In this document: one piece after another, positions 7,928-15,367 of the stretch
Position numbering within the stretch: the stretch's first letter is position 1
Layout: the number at the start of each line of letters is the position of its first letter
Program-made: the position numbers and the translations under genes
The notes under the pieces: model-generated
What the model saw: the letters and a program-made list of their open reading frames with translations, nothing else
What the model was told of the DNA's origin: nothing
The model's database searches: none
Origin: a virus
Taxonomy: Duplodnaviria > Caudoviricetes
DNA: 56,965 nt
IMG/VR virus record: IMGVR_UViG_3300015200_000003
Coordinates: 1 to 56,965 of that record
Reading direction: 5' to 3' (one strand)

Positions 7928-10075
7928 ATGGCGTTCACCCTGGTCAACAGCGCCTTCTACAGTACCTCCGGCACCTCGACCACGCCGAGCCGTGCGTTCG
8001 GCTCGACTCCGGTCGCCGGCAACCTGCTGGTCGCCTTTGTAGAAATCAATAGCGCGTCCGTGACCTCTACCGCGATCAACGGCTGGACCAGACTCCTTGG
8101 GACCGGCAACGGGACGGACTCTGTGGCGGCCCTCTACAAGGTGGCCGGCGTTAGCGAGAGCGCGACCGCCGCACCCTGCACGCTGAGCAGTTCCCAGTTG
8201 TGGACCATCTCGGTCGCAGAGTTCAGCGGGACCGACCCGTCCGCGCCGCTGGATACCTGGGCGTACACCAGCGCCTCGGCCGCGATCAAGACCATCACGA
8301 ACGCCTGCGACCCCGCTGACGGGGTCGAGCGCCTGCTGGTCGGTCACGCCATGACCGACGGCAGTTCGCGGACGTGGTCGGGTCACAAGTTCAACGGCTC
8401 GACCACCGGCGTGTCGTTCCAGGATGGCACCGCCACCGGCACCGCTGCTGGCGGTCTGGCTTCGACCAGTTGGTACAAGGTCGAAGCCACGACCGTCGCC
8501 GGCAACTACACCGCTGAGGCGGTCTGCTCGGTTGCCGACGCCGGCTTCATCTGGCTCCTGATCTTCAAGCCCGCACCCACCACCGTCCTGACCCCGCCAC
8601 TGGTCGCCTCGGGATCCGCCGTCTACCCGCCAGAGTGGCGCTACCGCAACCAGATCAACGCGACCACGGCCACGGCGACCGCCACCGCCCAGACGGCCAC
8701 CCTCTCAGGCGACACTCGCCTCCTGGCCCTGACCGCCACGGCCACGGCCGCCTCGCCCACGGCGGCCATCACGGCCGTGCGGAACGCCACCGTCGGGGCC
8801 GCGACCGCCACCGCCACGACGACCGCGCACGCAGCAGCCATCACGGGCGTCACGATGCAGGCGACCGTGGGGACCGTGGCGCTGCGCGGAACGGTGCGGC
8901 TCGCTGCGGTGGGGGTCGTCAGCCAGAACACCACCGCCACGACGGCGCTGCGTACGGCGGCTCGCACGACCCTGGTCGGGCTGAGCGCCACGCGGGCAAT
9001 CGTGACCCCGAGCGTGCGCCCCGCCGCCACCGTCGTCGGACGACATGACACCGCCCAGCCCGCCAGCCTGGCGGTGGCCGCGAGGAGTGTGGCCATCGGG
9101 CGACATGGGGTGAGCGCGGCGGCTGCGCTGCGAGGGCAGGTGGCCCTCCGTCCCACCGCCGCTGGTCGCGCTGTCGTCGCCTTGACCCAGCTGCGGGTCC
9201 GCTGGCGTGCGGCGGTCGCCGGACAACCCATCGAACTGCCACGGGCGACCAACGCGACGCTCACCCTGACCGCCCGCGCCCGCGCCACCCTGCCGTCCGG
9301 GCTGCACGCCGGGACGGGCCTGGCCGCCGCTCGCGCCCGTCCGCGCGCCAGCCTGATCGGTCAGGGAGTCCGCCTCGCGACCGCCAGTCTGCGGAGCGGC
9401 CTGCGGGCCGTCGCGCTTGGCCGGCTGGGGACGCGCGGGGTGGCGCGGGTCACGACGCAACCCGCCAGCCTGGCGGCGGCGTCGATCACCCGACAGGGGA
9501 CGGTTGCCCTGCGGGGTGTGTCCGTGGGTCTCCCGTCAGAAGGGGTCCACGGGAGTCTGGGTGACCTGGTCCTGACGGCCGCCTTGCGCAGTGACGGGGA
9601 GGCCGTCGCGCTGCGGCAGGCGCAGGCGGCTCTGGTGGTCTCCGCTTCGACGGCGTCAGCCGGTATCCGCGTGATCACCATCCAGCTGCCGTTCCACCCG
9701 CTCGATGTCATCAACCTCGGCCACGTCTACCGTGGCGACACGCTGACCCTGCCGATCTGGCGGGCGACGACCCGTGAGGGAACGACCATCGACCTGACCG
9801 GAGCCAGCCTCTGGTTCACGGCGAAGACGGACCTGTCGGCTATCGACGCCGAAGCGCCGACCATCCAGGTCTCGACGGCCGACGGTGGGATCGTCGTGAT
9901 CGACGCGGACGACGGGCTGTACCAGGTCACTCTCCAGCCGAACCACACCCAGGGGCTGACCGGCAACGCCGTCTTCACCTTCGATGTCCAGGTGGTGACC
10001 GCTGATCCGGTGACGCGAACCGTGCGACGAGGCACCCTGGTGGTGGTCTGTGACGTGACCCGCGCCGTCGCCTGA
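7928..10075 (+). CDS. Tail fibre-like protein with a C-terminal BppU-N-like domain
   Basis: Thr/Ser-rich beta N-terminal domain, Ala/Thr/Arg-rich shaft, C-terminal copy of the 5196-5645 domain. Confidence 0.65.
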   Translation: MAFTLVNSAFYSTSGTSTTPSRAFGSTPVAGNLLVAFVEINSASVTSTAINGWTRLLGTGNGTDSVAALYKVAGVSESATAAPCTLSSSQLWTISVAEFSGTDPSAPLDTWAYTSASAAIKTITNACDPADGVERLLVGHAMTDGSSRTWSGHKFNGSTTGVSFQDGTATGTAAGGLASTSWYKVEATTVAGNYTAEAVCSVADAGFIWLLIFKPAPTTVLTPPLVASGSAVYPPEWRYRNQINATTATATATAQTATLSGDTRLLALTATATAASPTAAITAVRNATVGAATATATTTAHAAAITGVTMQATVGTVALRGTVRLAAVGVVSQNTTATTALRTAARTTLVGLSATRAIVTPSVRPAATVVGRHDTAQPASLAVAARSVAIGRHGVSAAAALRGQVALRPTAAGRAVVALTQLRVRWRAAVAGQPIELPRATNATLTLTARARATLPSGLHAGTGLAAARARPRASLIGQGVRLATASLRSGLRAVALGRLGTRGVARVTTQPASLAAASITRQGTVALRGVSVGLPSEGVHGSLGDLVLTAALRSDGEAVALRQAQAALVVSASTASAGIRVITIQLPFHPLDVINLGHVYRGDTLTLPIWRATTREGTTIDLTGASLWFTAKTDLSAIDAEAPTIQVSTADGGIVVIDADDGLYQVTLQPNHTQGLTGNAVFTFDVQVVTADPVTRTVRRGTLVVVCDVTRAVA

Positions 10076-10076
10076 G

Positions 10077-10140
10077 CGTGTGACGGTAGCCTGACAGTCT
10101 CACCCTGTGGCACGGTCGAGTCAGACCCCCACCCACAGGG
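10077..10140 (+). promoter_or_regulatory. Conserved intergenic element copy 2 (candidate -10 TAGCCT plus leader hairpin)
   Basis: Matches copy 1; stem CCCTGTGG/CCACAGGG. Confidence 0.6.
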
Positions 10141-10148
10141 AGAGAACG

Positions 10149-10337
10149 ATGGCGAAGAAGGGCGGCCGTCCGTTTGGTGAGAACACCAACTCGGGCAAAG
10201 GCTTGATGACGGCGTACACCCGTGGCTTCACGGGATCTCGGACCCTCAAGGTCTCGGGGAAGAAGGCGTCCTCGAACGGCATGAAGCTGATGAAGGGGCA
10301 GGCCGCTCGCACCAAGGGGTGGCGGTCCAGCCCGTGA
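10149..10337 (+). CDS. Small basic protein (62 aa)
   Basis: RBS GGGAGAG; Lys/Gly-rich MAKKGGRPFG... Confidence 0.65.
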   Translation: MAKKGGRPFGENTNSGKGLMTAYTRGFTGSRTLKVSGKKASSNGMKLMKGQAARTKGWRSSP

Positions 10338-10362
10338 TCCCGAGATGGAACGGGGCGGACGC

Positions 10363-11097
10363 ATGACCTCAGTCTTCGAGCCGACGACGGTGCCACCGGA
10401 GCCGCCCACCTGGGAGGAGTTTCGCTCCCAGGTGGGTGACCCCGCCCTGACGTTCACCCTGGAACAGGGCGGACTGGAGATCCCGAACGGCCTGCTGGCC
10501 TGTTGTCGGGTGGTCCATCAAGCCCACTGCGCGCATCACGTCGCCGTCAGCCTGGTCGGCTGCCGCTTCAGCATGACCTACCCGGACGGGGAGGTCGTCC
10601 CCTGGGAGCCGCTCAAGCAGGAGTTTCTCGGGGATGTGTTGGCGCGACCCCGTGACCTCGGAGTGGCCGTCCAGATGACCGCGATGATGGTCAAGGAGAC
10701 GGCCGAGGCCGGCGGCGGAGCCGCCAGCGGACTCACCTTCGAGATCTGGCTGTTGGATCTGACCCAGGCCGAGATGTGGCGCTACCTCAAGGAGTGTCAG
10801 ACCGAGGAGAACACCGAGATCCTGGAGGCGGGCGAGACCTGGACCCCAGCCGAGATTGAGGCGCTGCCGATCCAGGTGCTGACGGACCCCGCCGAGGCCG
10901 CGAAGACGCTGGCGTCCCCTGGCTTCAAGCCGGTGGCCGCCTACGCGCGACGGGTCATGGTGCTGCCCTCCGAGATCGGCCACACCAAGCACGCCCGCTA
11001 CATCACCCAACAGGTCTGGGGGGATCCTGACGAGGTGCCATCGTCCGTCGCGGCGATTATGGGTGACCCCTTTGAGCAATGGAGAGAGCATGAGTAG
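10363..11097 (+). CDS. Hypothetical protein
   Basis: Long ORF with GC3 bias; start could be 10345. Confidence 0.7.
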   Translation: MTSVFEPTTVPPEPPTWEEFRSQVGDPALTFTLEQGGLEIPNGLLACCRVVHQAHCAHHVAVSLVGCRFSMTYPDGEVVPWEPLKQEFLGDVLARPRDLGVAVQMTAMMVKETAEAGGGAASGLTFEIWLLDLTQAEMWRYLKECQTEENTEILEAGETWTPAEIEALPIQVLTDPAEAAKTLASPGFKPVAAYARRVMVLPSEIGHTKHARYITQQVWGDPDEVPSSVAAIMGDPFEQWREHE

Positions 11098-11518
11098 TCT
11101 GGCTCCCCCGCCTGGGTTGCGGATCGAGCCGGCGTACGGGACAGGATCGATCCCCGGCCCGCTCTGGTTGCCACCCCGTCTGCGTCGTCAGCAACGCGAG
11201 GACACGCTGCTGCCCCAGAAGGTCATCTACTTCAAGGGGCGGTTGTTCCGCACCGGCGAGACCAACGACGACATCCGCTGGTACGGCGGCGTCCGCACCG
11301 CCCCCGAGGCGCTGGACCTGGACGAGCCAGGTGAGGACACCGTGACGGCCAGGGACCAGATCCATATCTACCTGACCGGCTTGCTGGAACGCGTCTACGG
11401 CGGCGCGTTCGTCCACCAGGACACCGACGAGCGACGGGTCACCACCATCATCGAAGAGTGGCCGATAGCCCAACACAGTGATGCGCGTTGGGCCAGGTTT
11501 TTCCGAAGGGACCGCTGA
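11090..11518 (+). CDS. Hypothetical protein
   Basis: GGAGAG RBS; TGATG-coupled to terS. Confidence 0.65.
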   Translation: MSSLAPPPGLRIEPAYGTGSIPGPLWLPPRLRRQQREDTLLPQKVIYFKGRLFRTGETNDDIRWYGGVRTAPEALDLDEPGEDTVTARDQIHIYLTGLLERVYGGAFVHQDTDERRVTTIIEEWPIAQHSDARWARFFRRDR

Positions 11519-12222
11519 TGCCGCGCCCAGACAGTATCGTCCCAGAAGAGGCGACCAGGCGTCCTGACGGGAAGGCCGTCTGTGGCGGTCTGCTCCGCAA
11601 GGGGGACGGTCGTCGCTGCCGTGACACGGCCATCCTGGAGAACGGGCGCTGCCGACGCCACGGCGGCAAGACCCCGCGTGGTCTCGCCAGTTCGTCGCTC
11701 AAGACCGGCCGCTACAGCATGGATCTGCCCACCCGCGTGGCCGCCCGCTACGAGCGCGCCATGGCCGACCCGGAACTGCTCTCGGTCCGCGACGACATCG
11801 CCTTGCTACAGGGCGCGATCACGGACGTGCTGGCGGAAGTCAAAGAGGCCGAGGCGTCGATGGACCTCGACTCGATCCTGGGGTCGGTCGAGAAGATCTG
11901 TCGCGAGTGGCAGGGCTGGGAATGGACCAAGATGCAGGGCGAACTGGACGCCCTCAAGGAGTTGATCTCCGGCAAGCGGTCCCAGAAGAGCGCCATGCGC
12001 GACGTGCGCGAACTGATCAAGGAGAAGTCCCAACTCGTCGCCCAGGAAAACCGCTTGCTCGCGGATCGCCAGCAGATGATTACCGTGGAACAATTCATGT
12101 TGGGGATGCGGGCGTTGGGCGCGGCCGTCCGCCGCCTGGTGGATGATCCGGCGACCCTGCGGGCCATCGACGTGGAGTTCCGTCGGCTGGCGAGCGTGCC
12201 GGACCGTGAGAAGCGCGACTGA
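11518..12222 (+). CDS. terS: Terminase small subunit (HGGxSTG-domain type)
   Basis: CGG...G..C......NGRCRRHGGKTP...KTGRYS; directly upstream of and coupled to terL. Confidence 0.8.
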   Translation: MPRPDSIVPEEATRRPDGKAVCGGLLRKGDGRRCRDTAILENGRCRRHGGKTPRGLASSSLKTGRYSMDLPTRVAARYERAMADPELLSVRDDIALLQGAITDVLAEVKEAEASMDLDSILGSVEKICREWQGWEWTKMQGELDALKELISGKRSQKSAMRDVRELIKEKSQLVAQENRLLADRQQMITVEQFMLGMRALGAAVRRLVDDPATLRAIDVEFRRLASVPDREKRD

Positions 12223-14147
12223 TGGCCGCGCCATCTGGCGGACTGCCGTTTGCGCCCGGCCGTGGGCGACCCAAGAAGTGGGCCGATTCCTGGTCGGAAC
12301 GGACGGTCGATCCGTTCGGCCTTGGCCCCGAGACGACCTCCTGGGTCGATGTGAACCCGAAGAGCGCCTATCAGCGCGGCCTCGACATGCTGTCGGTCTC
12401 GCTGGAGATCACCCCCGAGCAGGAAGAGACACGGCTGATGGAGCGGTCGCTGCGGGCGTTCGCCCAGCAGTCGCTGCCGCTGTTCGTGCCAGGCAACATC
12501 CGCTGGGGCTGGTGCCACGACGCCATCGTGGATCACCTCGAAGCGGTCTCGGCCGGCCAGATCCGCAACCTGATCGTGGACCTCCCGCCCCGCTGCCTGA
12601 AGTCGAGCCTGGTCTCGGTGGTCTGGCCGTCCTGGGAGTGGGTGACCGCCCCCCACCTGCGCTACCTGCTCTCCTCGTACGACCTGGACCTGACCATGCG
12701 CGACAACGAGTACGCGCGGCGGATCATCAAGTCCGGCTGGTTCCAGGCGCGCTGGGCCGACCGCTTCCAGATCCTGTCCTCGGCGGACGCCAAGCGGTTG
12801 TTCGAGAACGACAAGAGCGGACGACGCCTGGCGACCTCGGTCCGCTCCCGCGCCACGGGCGAGGGCGGTGACCGTCTGGTCTGCGACGACCCGCACGACG
12901 CCAGGAAGGTCGAGTCGGACTCCGAGCGCAAGGACGTGATCAAGTGGTGGCTGTCCACGATGTCCTCGCGCGTGAACTCCATCGAGGCCGCCAAGGTCAT
13001 CACCGCCCAGCGCACCCACCACGCCGACCTGGTGGGCCATGTCTGGGCGGAAATGCTGGCCGGCGGCGAGCCGTACGAACTGCTGATCCTGCCGATGGAG
13101 TACGACCCGAAGCTGTACGTCAGGGCTGAGGCGCTGCGTGCACCTGGCACCACTGACGATGACGGCGTGACCTGGAGCGGCTTCCGCGACGACACCGACG
13201 AGACCGAGATCGTGGTCTTTGACGAGACGGACGAGGCGGATGAGCCGACCCTGGCCGACTTCGAGATGGACGCCCTCTCCACCGAGCCAGATCGCGCGCT
13301 GCTGATCCCGCGCGTCAACGGGGTGGGGTTCGGTGACCCTCGATCTACCCCAGGCGAACTGCTGATCCCCGAGCAGTGGGACGCCGACTTCGTCCACCGC
13401 CAGAAGCGCAACCTGGGTCCGATGGCGTACGGCGCGCAGTACCAGCAGGTGCCGACGCCGGCCGAGGGCGGCCAGTTCAAGGAAGCCTACTGGCGTCGGT
13501 ACAACTTCGGGGTCATGTGGCATCAGGGACTCCGTCCCTCGATGGTCTTCGTGGACTCCTCGTACGGGACCGAGGGCGGCGACCCGACCGGCGTCAGCGT
13601 CTGGGGAACGCTGGGCGGACGGCTCTACGTGATGGCGGCGGCCGAGTTGGAACTGGAGACGCCGGACCTGCGCGCCCGCCTGCGGGACATCCACGCCCGC
13701 TGGCACGTCCCGTTCATGATCGAGAAGAAGGCCAACGGCATCGCGCTGATTCAGGACTTGCGGCGAGGGTCGGACGACGACGCCCTGCCATCACTGCCCG
13801 TGATGGAGTTCAACCCGGACGGTATGACTAAGGAGGCGCGGGCCTACTCGGTGGTGCCGTACGTGGCGGGCGGGCTGGTCTACCTGCCGGAGGGGGCGGA
13901 CTGGACTGACCACTGGATCCGCCAGCACAAGGAGTTCCCGAAGGGCCGCCACGACGACCTGGTGGACACCACGGCGATGGCGATCTGCTGGCTGGCGTTG
14001 CGGACGGACGACATCCGCGAACTGATCGGACGGCCGATGAAGGCGGCGTACGGCTCAAACTCGTCGGCAGGGGCCGGGATGAGCGGCGGGCTGCTGGGCG
14101 GCTCGCGCGCGTTGACCTCACGCAACCAGTCATATTGGCAGCGCTAG
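12222..14147 (+). CDS. terL: Terminase large subunit
   Basis: Walker A-like LPPRCLKS, TGEGG, Walker B LVCDDPHD, QRTH..DL, AQYQQ.P, nuclease FVDSS, IEKKANG, FPKGRHDDLVD. Confidence 0.95.
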   Translation: MAAPSGGLPFAPGRGRPKKWADSWSERTVDPFGLGPETTSWVDVNPKSAYQRGLDMLSVSLEITPEQEETRLMERSLRAFAQQSLPLFVPGNIRWGWCHDAIVDHLEAVSAGQIRNLIVDLPPRCLKSSLVSVVWPSWEWVTAPHLRYLLSSYDLDLTMRDNEYARRIIKSGWFQARWADRFQILSSADAKRLFENDKSGRRLATSVRSRATGEGGDRLVCDDPHDARKVESDSERKDVIKWWLSTMSSRVNSIEAAKVITAQRTHHADLVGHVWAEMLAGGEPYELLILPMEYDPKLYVRAEALRAPGTTDDDGVTWSGFRDDTDETEIVVFDETDEADEPTLADFEMDALSTEPDRALLIPRVNGVGFGDPRSTPGELLIPEQWDADFVHRQKRNLGPMAYGAQYQQVPTPAEGGQFKEAYWRRYNFGVMWHQGLRPSMVFVDSSYGTEGGDPTGVSVWGTLGGRLYVMAAAELELETPDLRARLRDIHARWHVPFMIEKKANGIALIQDLRRGSDDDALPSLPVMEFNPDGMTKEARAYSVVPYVAGGLVYLPEGADWTDHWIRQHKEFPKGRHDDLVDTTAMAICWLALRTDDIRELIGRPMKAAYGSNSSAGAGMSGGLLGGSRALTSRNQSYWQR

Positions 14148-14155
14148 GAGCGGTG

Positions 14156-14581
14156 ATGACACGCAGCGCGGAAGCGGACGCCGACATATTCCAGATGGCG
14201 GTTGAGGTACGCGCGCTCGAACTGGTAGGAGCGGTGATGTCGAGTACACCTGAGGGCCGCGCCACGGTCTCTCAACTAGCGCGCGAGATGACTGCGGCGG
14301 ACGAGGCTCCACCGCCACCTACGTTGCTGCAGGCCGGCGCGGCCGTCGCAGCCGTGATGCGCTACGGTGGGCAGAGTTTCGCCACGGCAGCTGACCGCCT
14401 GGAACGGCTCGACTCCCAGCCGTACCCGATCACCTACGTCATCATGAGCAATCATGTCGTCACCTTCCTGCGGGCGCTGGATCGCGCCCAGAACGCCCCA
14501 CCCGAACCCCCAGCTGAGCCAGCCGCCACGGCGGTCGTTGCCGGCCCACCCCTGCGGGAGTCCGGTCGATGGACGAGATGA
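14156..14581 (+). CDS. Hypothetical protein with two candidate in-frame starts
   Basis: AGGAG RBS before ATG 14156 and again before ATG 14237. Confidence 0.6.
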   Translation: MTRSAEADADIFQMAVEVRALELVGAVMSSTPEGRATVSQLAREMTAADEAPPPPTLLQAGAAVAAVMRYGGQSFATAADRLERLDSQPYPITYVIMSNHVVTFLRALDRAQNAPPEPPAEPAATAVVAGPPLRESGRWTR

Positions 14582-14811
14582 ACGCGATCCCCGTCTGGAA
14601 GCGGAGCAAGCTGGCGGCGGCGACCGTCATGCTGCTGAAGGGGTACGCCCCACCCCTGACGGTCTGCACGTCCTGTCATCGCTCACTGGAGCGCGCCGAC
14701 GGCGTGGTCACCGTGGAGTTCAGCGGAAAGAACGCGCGGTACGACTGCCCGCACTGCGGCAGCCCCAACGAGACACGGCTTGCCCCGCCCGAGGCAGATC
14801 CCTATGGCTGA
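14578..14811 (+). CDS. Zn-ribbon protein
   Basis: CTSC...CPHC; ATGA overlap with the upstream gene. Confidence 0.65.
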   Translation: MNAIPVWKRSKLAAATVMLLKGYAPPLTVCTSCHRSLERADGVVTVEFSGKNARYDCPHCGSPNETRLAPPEADPYG

Positions 14812-15304
14812 GCAGCGGGGCGAGCGGATTACCGTGGATCCGCGCCGCGCATTTCGCGAGCGGCAGGCGGCGCGCGAAGCAGGACTGCCCACGCGCGGCG
14901 TGGGCGACCCACCACCTGGCCTCCTGGACGATGTGTCCGCGCGGCCACGTTGGGATCCGAAGGTCATCACCCCGGGGCCAGCCCTGCCCGAGTCGTACGA
15001 CCCGTACCAGGAGGCGCTACGGATCCAGCTGCGCCCAGGTCAGAAGGCGAACCGTCACGCCAAGGTGCGGGTGTACCACCGCGTGGACTTCCAATCGGAC
15101 CCGTGCTGGGCGTTCACGATCACCCGGGCGGCCTGGGATCGCCTGCGCACCGAGGGGATCCTCGATTCCGAGGGCGCAACCAATCCCGACGGTGCGGCGA
15201 TTGTGGGGCCGGCGGACGACCCGATCCACACAGCAAGCGTGCGCTGTGGAACGTGCGGCACGTACTCAGTAGAGTGTCTACAGATGGAGTTTTTTCAGGA
15301 TTAG
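14804..15304 (+). CDS. Hypothetical protein with a possible Zn site
   Basis: GAGG RBS; H...C...CGTC. Confidence 0.6.
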   Translation: MAEQRGERITVDPRRAFRERQAAREAGLPTRGVGDPPPGLLDDVSARPRWDPKVITPGPALPESYDPYQEALRIQLRPGQKANRHAKVRVYHRVDFQSDPCWAFTITRAAWDRLRTEGILDSEGATNPDGAAIVGPADDPIHTASVRCGTCGTYSVECLQMEFFQD

Positions 15305-15367
15305 TGTGTAGCACGCCAGGGCGAGACCCGTTGGGCCTCTGGGGAGGGGCGCAGACGGAGTCCCTGG

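Noticed and set aside
5196-10075. Diversity-generating retroelement template/variable repeat pair
   Set aside because: The duplicated domains differ at all base types, not only adenines, and no reverse transcriptase is present.
13130-13320. Intein in TerL
   Set aside because: Too short; no C/S start, HN-(C/S/T) end or LAGLIDADG motif.
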